Source: Bacteroidaceae bacterium (GTDB lineage Bacteria; Bacteroidota; Bacteroidia; Bacteroidales; Bacteroidaceae). Taken from it: a DNA stretch of 64,000 bases. The notes below the pieces were generated by a model. That model was not told where the DNA came from. It saw nothing but the letters and a program-made list of their open reading frames with translations, and did not search any database. The stretch spans positions 65,523-129,522 of the forward strand of contig JAZRFE010000018.1 of assembly GCA_045661205.1 (NCBI GenBank). Direction: 5' to 3'. Made by a program: the position numbers and the translations under genes. Below, one piece after another: positions 18,524 to 29,582 of this stretch (position 1 is its first letter; each line of letters opens with the position of its first letter).

Positions 18524-20389
18524 CTATTCTTTGCTAGATGCAGGACGTTTGCTGAAGATAGCCTTGATGCGTTTCATATCGAATTTCGCTGAACGGTCAT
18601 AGAAGTAGATACCATTCTGCTCCTGCTCGACATCTGTAAGCTGTGTGTAGCAATAACCCCATACATTTTCGGCGATGCTCATAAGGCCATCTACCTGACC
18701 TTCGAGACGTGCATAGAATTCCTCGAGTGAATGAGGAGGTGCACCGTAACCCCATGATTGCTGACTGTTGCTTGTCTTTTTATCCTGACCTTTCACCCAT
18801 TTGATGCCACCAAACTCGTCAAGAATGTAGGGCATATCAGGTTTTGTATAGGTGGGGAATTCGTAAAGATTATTATCCTTTGCGCGGTTGAAGCCAACGT
18901 TCATGCGGGGAATATCCTGTACAGCGCAGGGTGTTTGGAACCAGCGCTCACCGTTGAATACAATTTCGGTAAGTTTCTTGGGATCCTGCTCATAGTTGTG
19001 TGTACTCCAAATATCGCTTTTAATATTAACACCACCGCTCACTGTGCAGACGGGACGTGTGGGGTCCAATGCCTTTGTCATGTCATAGAGATCGCAGACG
19101 AAACGGGGGTACTGTACACGGTCGGGCCACCACTCCTCGTTCATGGGTGTCCATGTGACAATTGAGGGGTGATTGCAGTCGCGGATAATCTCCTCGGCCC
19201 ACTCGCTCATGAAGTTACGTGCCACTTCGGGGTCGTTGGCATTCATACCCCATGAGGGTGCTTCGCCCCATGTGATGTAGCCCAATTTGTCGGCCCAATA
19301 ATGGAAACGCTCTTCAAACACCTTCTGGTGCAAGCGTGCGCCGTTGAAACCTGCTGCCATAGAAAGTTCAATATCGTTCTTGAGTGCTTCGTCGCTGGGA
19401 GCTGTCCATATACCGTCGGGGTAGAATCCCTGGTCGAGCACCAAACGCTGGTAGAAAGGCTCGTTATTCAAGTAAACTTTGTTATCCTCAACGTGTATCT
19501 TGCGCATTCCTATGTATGAGTTTACAACGTCTGTAACTTTGCCTTCGCTGTTCTTCACCTCGTACACAACATCATAGAGGAAAGGCGATGAGGGGCTCCA
19601 CAACTTGGGCTTCTTGATGGGAAGAACCACATTGGTGCCGTCGTGTGCGGGAACGCTCTTGGTGGCAACCACCTTTTTGCCATCTTTTACAGTAACAGTA
19701 AAGGTACCTTTTGTTTGTGCATAGAATTTGGGTTGCACGATAATCATATTCTGGTCTATGTCGGTTGTCACCTGTGTGCGCTCTATTGCATTTTTGTCAA
19801 CAGGTTCCATCCACACAGTCTGCCAGATACCTGTGGTACGGGTATACATGCACTCGAAAGGTGCATAGCGCAAATTCTGCTTGCCGGCAGGCTGCTTAGC
19901 TGTACGTGTATCGCTGTATGCGTGCACTACCAATGAGTGCTCCTTGCCGTCAGCAATGAATTTTGTAACATCAATGGCAAAGGATGTGCTACCACCGAAG
20001 TGACGACCTGCGAGACGTCCGTCAATGTAGACCTCGGAATTATAATATACAGCACCGAAATTCAATTTTACGTTGCGTCCTTCCCACTCCTTAGGCATGC
20101 TGATGGTGCGCTGATACCAAATATTATTGATGAAATCGGTGTACTCTACACCCGAAAGTTTGCTCTCGGGGCAGAAAGGTACAATGATTTTATCATTAAA
20201 ACCCTTACTGTTGTAAAGTTTACGCTCGAGGCCCGAACCTACAAAGTCGAATGTGTAACTCCACTCTCCGTTCAGATTGACCCAATCTTGGCGTTCAAAC
20301 TGTGGACGAGGATACTCTGCTCTTGGCTGTTGTGCATAGGCAACAAGCGCGATGAGCACTGTAAGAATTGAAACCAAAATTTTCTTCAT
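18524..20389 (-). CDS. glycoside hydrolase family 2 protein (secreted)
   Basis: 621 aa with a signal peptide, a sugar-binding N-domain and NHPSIVTWTPMNEEW, which is the acid/base NE motif region. Confidence 0.8.
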   Translation of the reverse strand: MKKILVSILTVLIALVAYAQQPRAEYPRPQFERQDWVNLNGEWSYTFDFVGSGLERKLYNSKGFNDKIIVPFCPESKLSGVEYTDFINNIWYQRTISMPKEWEGRNVKLNFGAVYYNSEVYIDGRLAGRHFGGSTSFAIDVTKFIADGKEHSLVVHAYSDTRTAKQPAGKQNLRYAPFECMYTRTTGIWQTVWMEPVDKNAIERTQVTTDIDQNMIIVQPKFYAQTKGTFTVTVKDGKKVVATKSVPAHDGTNVVLPIKKPKLWSPSSPFLYDVVYEVKNSEGKVTDVVNSYIGMRKIHVEDNKVYLNNEPFYQRLVLDQGFYPDGIWTAPSDEALKNDIELSMAAGFNGARLHQKVFEERFHYWADKLGYITWGEAPSWGMNANDPEVARNFMSEWAEEIIRDCNHPSIVTWTPMNEEWWPDRVQYPRFVCDLYDMTKALDPTRPVCTVSGGVNIKSDIWSTHNYEQDPKKLTEIVFNGERWFQTPCAVQDIPRMNVGFNRAKDNNLYEFPTYTKPDMPYILDEFGGIKWVKGQDKKTSNSQQSWGYGAPPHSLEEFYARLEGQVDGLMSIAENVWGYCYTQLTDVEQEQNGIYFYDRSAKFDMKRIKAIFSKRPASSKE

Positions 20390-21747
20390 GATAGTTTTTC
20401 TTTATTAGTTTGTGATTTATGCTGTTTCTTAGCAGATGAACGATGTGGCCTCCTTGACTTTTTATCATTTTTGCTATTTGGAGTATTTGTGGTATTTGGG
20501 GCTTCGGCTGTTGTCGGTTTTTTACCGTGTCGTTTTCCGCCTCTACCGTTTCTCGATGAGTGGGAGTGGCGTTTGTCGTTTTTCAGAGGCTTCTTAGGAT
20601 TGTATTCCGGAGCCTCACCGATGCCTTCGGGCAGTGGCATCTTGTCAATAGGTTTGCCGATAAAATCTTCAATACGCTTAAATGCCAATTGGTCAATTTC
20701 GCTAACAAGAGTTATGCCACGACCTGTCGTGTTAGCGCGTGCAGTGCGCCCTACTCTATGGATATAGTCGTCGCAATCGCGGGGAACATCGTAATTGATG
20801 ACTATGCGTATATCGTCGATATCTATTCCGCGTGCTAAAATATCTGTTGCAACGAGAAGGTCAATCTTCCTGCTCTTGTACATGTACATTATTTCGTCGC
20901 GTTCCGACTGTGAAAGGTCGCTGTGCATCTCACCAACATTCAGTCCCATGCGTCGCAGAGCAACAGCCACCTCTTTCACCTTGCTTTTCTTTGAGACGAA
21001 GAGTATGACTCTCTCTGCACTCTCTTTGGTGAACATATCTTTGATGATAGCCATCTTTTGCGGCTCGTGACAAATATAAGCCTGCTGTGTTATACCATCG
21101 GCAGGCTTTGCTAGTGATAGTGTTACCTGCACCGGATTGTTCAATATATTCTTTGCAAGTTTGCGTATCTCCTCGGGCATGGTGGCCGAGAATAACATTG
21201 TTTGTCTTGTTGCCGGCAACTGCTTTGCAATGGTCATAATATCATTGTAGAAGCCCATATCGAGCATGCGGTCTGCCTCGTCAAGAATGAAGAATGACAC
21301 CTTTGATAAGTCCACGTTACCTAATGTAATATGGCTGATGAGTCGGCCGGGAGTTGCTACCAGAATGTCAGCACCCAGCGACATACCTCTTAGTTCCTGC
21401 CCATAACGGATACCATCGTTTCCGCCGTAAATTGCAACACTCGAAACATCCATGAAATATGTGAATCCCTCAAGCTGTCTGTCAATCTGCTGAGCAAGCT
21501 CACGCGTGGGTGCCATTATTATACAGTTTATGGCTTTATCGGGGTAACCTCCGCGACACAATTTATTGAGCACAGGCAGCAGATAGGCCGCAGTCTTTCC
21601 TGTACCCGTCTGAGCAACACCAATAAGGTCGCGACCCTCCATTAGCGGGAGAATAGTCTTTTCCTGTATGGGAGTACACTCTCTGAAGTTCATTGCATCG
21701 AGAGCATCAAGCACCTCGTCCTCAAAATCCAAATCGTAAAAATCCAT
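20386..21747 (-). CDS. DEAD-box ATP-dependent RNA helicase (RhlE-like) with a basic C-terminal tail
   Basis: Contains the AQTGTGKT, DEAD, SAT and HRVGRTAR motifs. Confidence 0.93.
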   Translation of the reverse strand: MDFYDLDFEDEVLDALDAMNFRECTPIQEKTILPLMEGRDLIGVAQTGTGKTAAYLLPVLNKLCRGGYPDKAINCIIMAPTRELAQQIDRQLEGFTYFMDVSSVAIYGGNDGIRYGQELRGMSLGADILVATPGRLISHITLGNVDLSKVSFFILDEADRMLDMGFYNDIMTIAKQLPATRQTMLFSATMPEEIRKLAKNILNNPVQVTLSLAKPADGITQQAYICHEPQKMAIIKDMFTKESAERVILFVSKKSKVKEVAVALRRMGLNVGEMHSDLSQSERDEIMYMYKSRKIDLLVATDILARGIDIDDIRIVINYDVPRDCDDYIHRVGRTARANTTGRGITLVSEIDQLAFKRIEDFIGKPIDKMPLPEGIGEAPEYNPKKPLKNDKRHSHSSRNGRGGKRHGKKPTTAEAPNTTNTPNSKNDKKSRRPHRSSAKKQHKSQTNKEKLS

Positions 21748-21755
21748 AAAATATT

Positions 21756-22871
21756 TTATTTAGGTGCTTTCCAATAGAGATATGCAGCAATTATGCTGTA
21801 TATGATATTCGGGAGCCATACGGCAAGTGCCACAGGTGTGTTTCCGTTGAGTGCAAATGTAGATGAGATTGTCTGGAAAAGGATATATGAAAAACTCAAT
21901 CCTAAACCTATTCCCAATGATAATCCCATTCCGCCTTTTGTCTTTTTTGATGAGAGTGATGCTCCAATCAATGTAAGAATGAAAGCTGCAAAGGACATTG
22001 CAATGCGTTTGTGGTACTCTACTTCAAACTCTTTAATATTGGCCATTCCGCGCTCTTTCTGTTTCTTGATATACTCTAACAGTTTGGGACTTGTCATTGT
22101 CTCCTGCATGCCTCGAGTTATAAGAAAGTCTGTGGGCTCGAATTTTATGATAGTGTCGAGTGGCAGTCTGTTGTCTGAACGTATTACCTCTTTGTCGTTA
22201 TATAATTCGCGAATAGTCCAATTTTTTGCAGTCCACTTGTATGGCTCCTCGGGATGATAGGTTATCGTGCGGGCAGTCATGTGCGAAACAAGTCTCTTGT
22301 CTTCGAACTTATCAAGCGAGAAACGATATCCTGTCTTGTTACGGCTTTCGTAGCGTTCAATATACGCAATGGTATTTTCATCAATCTCTAACTGGATGTT
22401 CCTAGCTGTCTCAACTTGGGACTTTCCCTTGTATTTGATTTCAAAATCTATTCGTGTCTGGCTGCTGAGTGGGATAATATAGGCACCCAACGAATATGTC
22501 AGCGCAGCAATTATTCCGGCCGAAATCATATAGGGGCGCAGAAGCCTCTTGAAACTGACTCCCGAAGCAAAAGCCGCTATAATCTCCGAATTTTCGGCCA
22601 ACTTCGAAGTGAAATATATAACCGCAATAAACACGAACAATGCACTGAACATGTTGGTTATGTGCGGGATGAAATTCAAATAATAGTCAAAGATTATGGC
22701 CTTCAAAGGAACATTGTAATTCGTGAAGTCATCGATATTCTCATTGTAATCGAACACCACCACAATAGATATAATCAATGCGATAGCGAAAAAAAACGTT
22801 CCCAAGAACTTTGATATTATGTATAGGTCGAGCCTTTTTATAAATCGCCCTCTGAAATTACTTATACCCAT
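21756..22871 (-). CDS. LptF/LptG-family (YjgP/YjgQ) permease
   Basis: 371 aa. Its TM helices flank a central soluble domain, the typical topology for this family. Confidence 0.75.
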   Translation of the reverse strand: MGISNFRGRFIKRLDLYIISKFLGTFFFAIALIISIVVVFDYNENIDDFTNYNVPLKAIIFDYYLNFIPHITNMFSALFVFIAVIYFTSKLAENSEIIAAFASGVSFKRLLRPYMISAGIIAALTYSLGAYIIPLSSQTRIDFEIKYKGKSQVETARNIQLEIDENTIAYIERYESRNKTGYRFSLDKFEDKRLVSHMTARTITYHPEEPYKWTAKNWTIRELYNDKEVIRSDNRLPLDTIIKFEPTDFLITRGMQETMTSPKLLEYIKKQKERGMANIKEFEVEYHKRIAMSFAAFILTLIGASLSSKKTKGGMGLSLGIGLGLSFSYILFQTISSTFALNGNTPVALAVWLPNIIYSIIAAYLYWKAPK

Positions 22872-22901
22872 CTAATTCCTTGCCACTTATTCAATTAATG
22901 T

Positions 22902-24032
22902 TTAAAGTCGTCGTGTCACTCTTTCGAGCATCTCTCTCTTCCACGATGCGTAATCATCGAGAAGTATGTGTTTGCGCGCCTCGCCGGTGAGCCAAACATA
23001 GAATGCCAGATTGTGGAGCGATGCTATCTGCAATGCCAGCAACTCATCGGAAACAAAGAGATGACGCAGATAAGCGCGGCTGTATATTTTATCAACATAC
23101 GATGCTCCCTCCTCTTCTATCGGTGAGAAGTCGTGCTTCCATTTTTCATTGCGCATGTTCATGATACCGTTTTTGGTAAACAGCATTCCGTTGCGACCAT
23201 TGCGGGTGGGCATCACGCAATCGAACATGTCAACACCGCGTTCTATACCCTCAAGGATGTTTGCAGGTGTTCCAACTCCCATAAGATAACGAGGCTTCTC
23301 TTTAGGTAAAATTTCATTTACCACCTCTATCATTTCATACATTTTCTCTGTGGGCTCACCAACGGCAAGACCACCGATAGCATTTCCGGCACACTCCTTT
23401 GAGGCAATATACTCCGCCGAGCGTTTTCTCAGTTCGGGATACACGCAACCTTGAACTATTGGGAATAGTGCCTGCTCGTAGCCATACATAGGCTCTGTCT
23501 CGTTGAGACGAGCAATACATCTGTCGAGCCAACGATGAGTCAATTCCATCGAGCGTTTTGCATAGTTGTAGTCCGAGTCGCCCGGAGGACACTCATCGAA
23601 AGCCATCATGATGTCTGCTCCTATTGTACGTTCGATGTCCATAACTCTTTCAGGAGAAAAGAAATGTTTAGAGCCGTCAATGTGTGAACGAAATTCTACA
23701 CCCTCTTCGCGTAGTTTACGTATGTCCTTCAACGAAAAGACCTGAAAACCACCACTATCCGTAAGTATGGGTTTCTCCCAACTGTTGAATTTGTGGAGCC
23801 CTCCGGCATTCTTCAATACGTCAAGTCCCGGACGAAGATAGAGATGATATGTATTGCCCAAAATTATTTGCGCCTTAACATCATCTCTCAACTCGGGCAT
23901 CTGTACAGCCTTTACCGAGCCGACAGTTCCTACGGGCATGAATATTGGAGTTTCAATGTCGCCATGAGCCGTATGCAGAATACCGGCTCTAGCGCATGAG
24001 TTTTTATCTGTATGTAATAAATCAAATTTCAC
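22902..24032 (-). CDS. tgt: queuine tRNA-ribosyltransferase
   Basis: 376 aa. Contains the TPIFMPVGT and LTDSGGFQ motifs. Confidence 0.95.
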   Translation of the reverse strand: MKFDLLHTDKNSCARAGILHTAHGDIETPIFMPVGTVGSVKAVQMPELRDDVKAQIILGNTYHLYLRPGLDVLKNAGGLHKFNSWEKPILTDSGGFQVFSLKDIRKLREEGVEFRSHIDGSKHFFSPERVMDIERTIGADIMMAFDECPPGDSDYNYAKRSMELTHRWLDRCIARLNETEPMYGYEQALFPIVQGCVYPELRKRSAEYIASKECAGNAIGGLAVGEPTEKMYEMIEVVNEILPKEKPRYLMGVGTPANILEGIERGVDMFDCVMPTRNGRNGMLFTKNGIMNMRNEKWKHDFSPIEEEGASYVDKIYSRAYLRHLFVSDELLALQIASLHNLAFYVWLTGEARKHILLDDYASWKREMLERVTRRL

Positions 24033-26499
24033 CCTCTAAAAAATTTATGGGATTATCTACTTTTGTATCAAGCAATGCAATGTCGAACACCTCTGATACA
24101 TCGGACACATAGTGGAATGTGAGTCCTTTGATATATATTTCGGGAATAGCCTCGATGTTACGTCTGTTTTCTGCACACAAAATGATTTCATTGATACCTG
24201 CACGTTTAGCAGCGAGAATCTTCTCCTTGATACCTCCTACGGGAAGCACCTTTCCGCGAAGTGTTATCTCGCCTGTCATTGCAACGTTTTTCTTCACTCG
24301 TCGCTGTGTCAGTGCCGAAGCGATGGCTGTGGCCATGGTAATTCCGGCCGAAGGACCGTCTTTGGGAATAGCTCCTTCGGGAACATGCAAGTGTATGTTC
24401 CATTTCTCGAAAATATCTACCGGGATGTTTAGCTTGTCGGCATGTGCCTTCACATATTCCAACGCCAACATTGCCGACTCCTTCATCACGTCACCAAGGT
24501 TACCGGTAACAGTCATCTTGCCGTTTTTACCTCTACTCAGGCTTGTCTCGACGAAAAGAATTTCGCCACCGACTGCTGTCCATGCAAGACCTGTAACCAC
24601 TCCTGCATATTCGTTTCCTTGATATTTCTCGCGTGAGAACTCCTCTATTCCCAGCAATTCACGAAGTTGTTCGGGTTCAATGACGCTGTATTTGTTTTCA
24701 TTCTCAGACGCCATATTGAAAGCTATGCGACGGCATATTTTCCCGATTTTCTTTTTCAATTCACGCACGCCCGACTCACGAGTGTAGCTCTCGATGATTT
24801 TCTCTATTGCAGCATCACTGATGGTAACATTCTCATCGAATATACCATTTGCCTTCATTTCGTCGGGGATAAGATGTCTGCGTGCAATCTCCACCTTCTC
24901 CTCTGTGAGATAGCCACCTACTTCAATTATCTCCATGCGGTCGAGCAAGGGTGCGGGTATGGTATTAAGGTTGTTTGCCGTAGCAACAAACATCACCTTT
25001 GAAAGGTCGTAATCGATGTCGAGGAAGTTATCGTGGAATGCATTGTTCTGTTCGGGATCGAGAACTTCGAGCAATGCAGCAGCAGGATTACCATGCATGG
25101 CATCCTGACCAATTTTGTCAATCTCGTCAAGAATGATTACAGGGTTGCCTGTGCCGGCCTTCATCATCCCTTTAAGAATACGTCCGGGCATGGCACCTAT
25201 ATATGTTTTTCTATGGCCGCGAATCTCCGACTCATCGTGCACTCCACCCAACGACATGCGTACATATTTACGGTTAAGTGCATCGGCAATGGATTTTCCC
25301 AAAGATGTTTTTCCTACACCCGGAGGGCCGTAAAGACAGATGATAGGAGATTTCAGATCACCGCGCAATTTTATTACTGCAAGATGCTCAAGAATTCTCT
25401 CCTTAACCTTTTCCATTCCGTAGTGATCCTTGTCGAGGACAACCTTGGCATTGTTTATGTCAAGATTATCGTCGCTGTAGAAGCTCCAGGGAAGGGCAAG
25501 CATCACCTGAAGATAGTTTAGCTGCACGTTATAGTCGGGAGACTGTATGTTAAGTCGCTCCAATTTACGCACCTCGCGTTCAAAAACGTCCGAAGGCTCC
25601 TCCTCCCAATACTTGTCGCATGCCTTCATGCGAAGCTCTGAAGCATCACTCTCAACAGTGTTTCCTGTGCCCAACTCCTCTTGAATATTTTTCATTTGTT
25701 GGTGGAGGAAATATTCGCGCTGTTGTTTATCAAGTTCAATATGTGTTCTTGAACGAACCTTCTCGCGAAGCTCTGCTGCTGCCAACTCTTTCTTGAGCTG
25801 TCTCAGCAATGCGTATGCTCTCTCTACTGCCGAATCCTCTTCCAGGAATTTTATCTTCTCGGCAGTGGAAGCATCGCAAGTAATACACAGATAGTTTATT
25901 AAAGAAATATCGCTTTGAATGTTTTTGAATGAGTAAAGAATCTCAGGAGAATTATTCTCGTTGAGTTCCATAATCTTCAACATTATATCGCGACAATCCT
26001 GCACTAAAACATCGAATTCTTCATTGTCTTTTCCGGCGGGAATCTCCTCGAAACGCTCAACTGTGCCACGTATATACGGAGTGTGTCTTGTGAATCTTTT
26101 TACCTTCACACGCTGAAAACCATGCAGAATGGCTGTAACATTACCATTAGGCAATTCCATCACCTTCATGATTTTTGCAACTGTACCCACATCGTATATA
26201 TCCTGGAATTTGGGATCGTCTTTCCTCTCGTCCTTTTGCGTGACAACAGCTACATAGCCCTGCGAGTCGGACATCTCCTGTACAAGTTTCAGAGAAGATT
26301 CTCTGCCCACCGACACAGGAAGTGCCACAGAGGGAAACAATGACATATTACGCAAGGGTAAAATCGGAAGCACATTTCCGAATTCAATTTTTGAGTAATC
26401 TTCTTCGTTGCCATCTACTGTGGCAAACATTGATACACGTTCAAGCCCGTAGTTATCACTTTTCTTAATCTTGAATGTCTTTTTATTGCGTTGTTGCAT
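24022..26499 (-). CDS. lon: endopeptidase La (Lon protease)
   Basis: 825 aa. Has Walker [10 protein letters not shown] and the catalytic Ser motif [12 protein letters not shown]. Confidence 0.96.
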   Translation of the reverse strand: MQQRNKKTFKIKKSDNYGLERVSMFATVDGNEEDYSKIEFGNVLPILPLRNMSLFPSVALPVSVGRESSLKLVQEMSDSQGYVAVVTQKDERKDDPKFQDIYDVGTVAKIMKVMELPNGNVTAILHGFQRVKVKRFTRHTPYIRGTVERFEEIPAGKDNEEFDVLVQDCRDIMLKIMELNENNSPEILYSFKNIQSDISLINYLCITCDASTAEKIKFLEEDSAVERAYALLRQLKKELAAAELREKVRSRTHIELDKQQREYFLHQQMKNIQEELGTGNTVESDASELRMKACDKYWEEEPSDVFEREVRKLERLNIQSPDYNVQLNYLQVMLALPWSFYSDDNLDINNAKVVLDKDHYGMEKVKERILEHLAVIKLRGDLKSPIICLYGPPGVGKTSLGKSIADALNRKYVRMSLGGVHDESEIRGHRKTYIGAMPGRILKGMMKAGTGNPVIILDEIDKIGQDAMHGNPAAALLEVLDPEQNNAFHDNFLDIDYDLSKVMFVATANNLNTIPAPLLDRMEIIEVGGYLTEEKVEIARRHLIPDEMKANGIFDENVTISDAAIEKIIESYTRESGVRELKKKIGKICRRIAFNMASENENKYSVIEPEQLRELLGIEEFSREKYQGNEYAGVVTGLAWTAVGGEILFVETSLSRGKNGKMTVTGNLGDVMKESAMLALEYVKAHADKLNIPVDIFEKWNIHLHVPEGAIPKDGPSAGITMATAIASALTQRRVKKNVAMTGEITLRGKVLPVGGIKEKILAAKRAGINEIILCAENRRNIEAIPEIYIKGLTFHYVSDVSEVFDIALLDTKVDNPINFLEGEI

Positions 26500-26519
26500 A
26501 GAATTTTATCTTTCAATTG

Positions 26520-26527
26520 CAAATATA
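26520..26527 (-). promoter_or_regulatory. candidate Bacteroidetes -7 box (TATATTTG) for lon
   Basis: TAnnTTTG on the minus strand, about 20 nt upstream of the lon ATG. A second copy lies further upstream. Confidence 0.3.
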
Positions 26528-26731
26528 GCACCTATAAATAAGCAAAAACAAACAATTCACTATTATGATTGTCTGTTTTTGCAATATTTAGCGCAAATAT
26601 ACAAAAAATAAATGAAAAATAAGCATGCGTCAGCAAAAAAATGTGTTTGCCAAGAGGAACCGGAATGCGCCGGCCGGAATTCATATTACTCGTGCAACAC
26701 CATGCGCAGCTTATTAAGCAGAAACAGCCTG

Positions 26732-27553
26732 TTAATACTGCTCTTTTTCGTTGGGGAAGTCCATGCTCTTAACATCGCCCACATAGTTGCCGACAGCGTC
26801 GCATATCACTTCGTTCAGGTTGGCATATCTACGCAAGAAACGGGGGCTGAATCCACCGGTCATTCCCAACATATCGGCACAAACGAGTATCTGGCCATCA
26901 ACGTCGGCTCCAGCACCAATACCAATGATGGGAATGTTCAGGCTGTCTGAAACCTTTTTTGCCAAAGCAGCAGGTATTTTCTCAAGTACAATGGCAAAGC
27001 AACCTGCCTCCTGAAGGAGCTTGGCATCACGAATCAATTTATTTGCCTCTTCTTCGTCACGTGCACGCACGGTGTAAGTACCGAACTTGTTTATACTCTG
27101 AGGCATAAGTCCAAGATGTCCCATGATAGGAATTCCCGCATCAAGTATTTTGCGTACAGAAGGAAGAATCTCTTCGCCACCCTCGAGTTTCAATGCGTCG
27201 GCATGGCTCTCTTTCATTATTCTTATGGCATTCTTCACCGCTTCGTCGGCATTAACTTGGTATGTTCCAAAGGGCATATCCACCACTACGATTGCACGTT
27301 TTACGGCACGTACCACCGATTTTGCATGGTAAATCATCTGCTCAAGAGTAATTGGCAGTGTGGTAACATTACCGGCCATGACGTTCGATGCAGAATCGCC
27401 TACAAGAATGGCATCCACTCCGGCAGCATCAATAATAGATGCCATGGTGTAATCATAGGCTGTAAGCATAGCTATTTTCTCGCCTTTAGCCTTCATCTCA
27501 ATCAAACGGTGAGTAGTAACCTTACGGGGGTCATCAACAATATATTTAGACAT
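26732..27553 (-). CDS. panB: 3-methyl-2-oxobutanoate hydroxymethyltransferase
   Basis: 273 aa. Contains the MLTAYDY and LVGDS motifs. Confidence 0.93.
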   Translation of the reverse strand: MSKYIVDDPRKVTTHRLIEMKAKGEKIAMLTAYDYTMASIIDAAGVDAILVGDSASNVMAGNVTTLPITLEQMIYHAKSVVRAVKRAIVVVDMPFGTYQVNADEAVKNAIRIMKESHADALKLEGGEEILPSVRKILDAGIPIMGHLGLMPQSINKFGTYTVRARDEEEANKLIRDAKLLQEAGCFAIVLEKIPAALAKKVSDSLNIPIIGIGAGADVDGQILVCADMLGMTGGFSPRFLRRYANLNEVICDAVGNYVGDVKSMDFPNEKEQY

Positions 27554-27614
27554 ATTTTTGAATATTTTTTATGTTCAAGAAAAATGTATTTGAAGGTTTG
27601 TAAACTTCTGTTTG

Positions 27615-27622
27615 CAAAGTTA
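27615..27622 (-). promoter_or_regulatory. candidate -7 box (TAACTTTG) for panB
   Basis: TAnnTTTG on the minus strand, about 60 nt upstream of the panB ATG. Confidence 0.3.
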
Positions 27623-27775
27623 GAAACAATTTCCTAAACTGAACAACAATATAAAGAAAAGATTGTAGCTGACACAACAAACTGCACCCATGCAACCTCT
27701 GCGTGTGTGCAGTTTGTGCATGGAGTGCATCTTTTACTCTGTGAGTATTACCTCACAAAGGAATGTGTAAAAAGT

Positions 27776-28042
27776 TTAGTACGTTCTTTTTCTGAAAAAT
27801 GAGAGCAATGACCGATATATACGTCGATAAAGGCAGAAACGCGAGAGAAACATCAAGTATTCTCCAACTATTTCTTTTAAAATATTTTCGGGACGCAGCG
27901 ATTTCCTCAACGACAATAAATTATCTTTCATCTTAGCTTCGGCACGTATCATGCGACATTTATTGTCGATGCGCGCAACGCGTAACTGCTCAATGCTTTT
28001 GATGTTTGAATAGTCAGTTTTTTTCATCGCTTGCAACTTCAT
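27776..28042 (-). CDS. small hypothetical protein (third gene of the YtxH cluster)
   Basis: 88 aa, helical and basic. It overlaps the upstream gene on the same strand. Confidence 0.45.
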   Translation of the reverse strand: MKLQAMKKTDYSNIKSIEQLRVARIDNKCRMIRAEAKMKDNLLSLRKSLRPENILKEIVGEYLMFLSRFCLYRRIYRSLLSFFRKRTY

Positions 28043-28394
28043 TGAAAAACATTTTGCTCAACTTCCCGACAAATACATTCACAAATAGCTCTTTGCGGAA
28101 CAGATACACAACACATGCAATTAATGCCACCGTTCCACCCACAACTAATGAGCCATAAAAAATGCCAATGAATTGTGTCACAAGTATCATTATGGCGAAA
28201 ATTACAAAAAGAAGAGCAATCACCGACAAGAGAACAACAATGAGAGCGCATAGAACGTCGCTCGCGATAATAGAGAGGCTCTCTACACTCTGTAACTTTA
28301 TATCCTCTATCTTCAAACGCACATACTCTTTGAAGCTATCCGTTACTTTATCGAAATTATCTCCTGCTCTCATAAACAAACGATTATTCCACAA
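28014..28394 (-). CDS. small membrane protein (Holin-X/DUF1469-like)
   Basis: 126 aa with an amphipathic N-terminus and two long hydrophobic helices. Confidence 0.5.
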   Translation of the reverse strand: MWNNRLFMRAGDNFDKVTDSFKEYVRLKIEDIKLQSVESLSIIASDVLCALIVVLLSVIALLFVIFAIMILVTQFIGIFYGSLVVGGTVALIACVVYLFRKELFVNVFVGKLSKMFFNEVASDEKN

Positions 28395-28614
28395 TGGTTA
28401 TGTTCTCACTCTTCTCAGAAATATTCTCCATACTGCCACATGCGTGTGAGTGACATTCGCTCATTGCATCGCTGACACACTCTTTGGCCTCGTCTACTCT
28501 CTTTTTGATATTGTCACACACCTCTTTGCGAGACTTCGGCGCAAGCAACATCAACACAGCTCCTCCGACAACCATTCCACCGGCAAAAGCCAACCAATTC
28601 TCTAACTTCATCAT
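28384..28614 (-). CDS. YtxH-like general stress protein
   Basis: The likely start is the ATGATG at 28614 (MMKLENWLAFAGGMVVGGAVLMLLAPKSRKE), giving an N-terminal TM segment followed by a helical region. Confidence 0.55.
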   Translation of the reverse strand: MMKLENWLAFAGGMVVGGAVLMLLAPKSRKEVCDNIKKRVDEAKECVSDAMSECHSHACGSMENISEKSENITIVE

Positions 28615-28731
28615 AATGTTAAAATTTAAGTTTATAGCTTTTCTTGAATTCTCACAAAAGAATTGTGCAGTGAGCAACTACCACGCCGACAAAAAAAAGA
28701 TTATTTTTTTGAATCACTCACTCTCTTGCAC

Positions 28732-28739
28732 TATCTTTG
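28732..28739 (+). promoter_or_regulatory. candidate -7 box (TATCTTTG)
   Basis: TAnnTTTG 36 nt upstream of the ATG at 28775. Confidence 0.35.
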
Positions 28740-28774
28740 CAAAAGATCAAGAATATTAATAGAACAAACAAGTT

Positions 28775-29578
28775 ATGAAAAAGTGCGCATATATTCTTAT
28801 TTTAATCATTGCAACAGCATTAGCATCGTGCAATGGAACTATAAATACTTCGTCAGGGAACAATGTCGGCAACGACGAGTTTTTTACAAAGAATTGGCAT
28901 ATAGTAAGCCTCCTCGATTCCACCGACTCGGTCTCACCCAAATATGAAATTGATGTTTCAATTAATTTTTTAGAGTCAGCAAACAAAGAGCGTGAGAAGA
29001 AAATCAACAACCTCATTCTCTACTCTGCATTCAGTTATGAAAACCTTACGCCCGAGGTAGCAATCGACTCGTTCGTATCCGAGGCCTTGACTGAATATGC
29101 CGACTTGCGTCACGACTATGTGAACGAAAAACAGATAAACAGTAATCCTGAGTGGTTTAATATCAAACATCACAAAAAAACGTATGTAGAGTGTGGTCAC
29201 AAAGATTTCATAAATTACATTATCCACGATATGTTTTACAATGGTGCCTCTCAACCCACTGACAGATACCTCATTCTTACCCTCAACCCCGAAACAGGCG
29301 AGGAGTTAAATTTACAGGATATCTTCAAGGAAAATTCCGAGGAGTATCTTTATAGCCGATTGCTTGACGCTCTTGCCGAGAAGATAGGCGCAAACAGCCG
29401 TCAGGAGATTGAGGAGAAAGGTTTCCTCCGGTTCAACGACATATACCCTACTGAAAACTTCATAATGAAAGAGGATAGCATCCTTTTCTATTATAACGTG
29501 TATGAACTTGCACCCCGTGAAGTGGGCACAATCATTTTAGGATTTAAATACGAAGATTTAGCAATAATTTTGAAATAA
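28775..29578 (+). CDS. DUF3298/DUF4163-type lipoprotein
   Basis: 267 aa with the lipoprotein signal ATALASC. The C-terminal part (ILFYYNVYELAPREVGTI) is typical of DUF3298. Confidence 0.6.
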   Translation: MKKCAYILILIIATALASCNGTINTSSGNNVGNDEFFTKNWHIVSLLDSTDSVSPKYEIDVSINFLESANKEREKKINNLILYSAFSYENLTPEVAIDSFVSEALTEYADLRHDYVNEKQINSNPEWFNIKHHKKTYVECGHKDFINYIIHDMFYNGASQPTDRYLILTLNPETGEELNLQDIFKENSEEYLYSRLLDALAEKIGANSRQEIEEKGFLRFNDIYPTENFIMKEDSILFYYNVYELAPREVGTIILGFKYEDLAIILK

Positions 29579-29582
29579 CACA

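Noticed and set aside
26612-26950. 112-aa plus-strand ORF spanning the lon-panB intergenic region.
   Set aside because: It overlaps the 3' end of panB in antisense and has no supporting motif. The GC-rich CCGGAAT-N7-CCGGAAT repeat there is short and unexplained.
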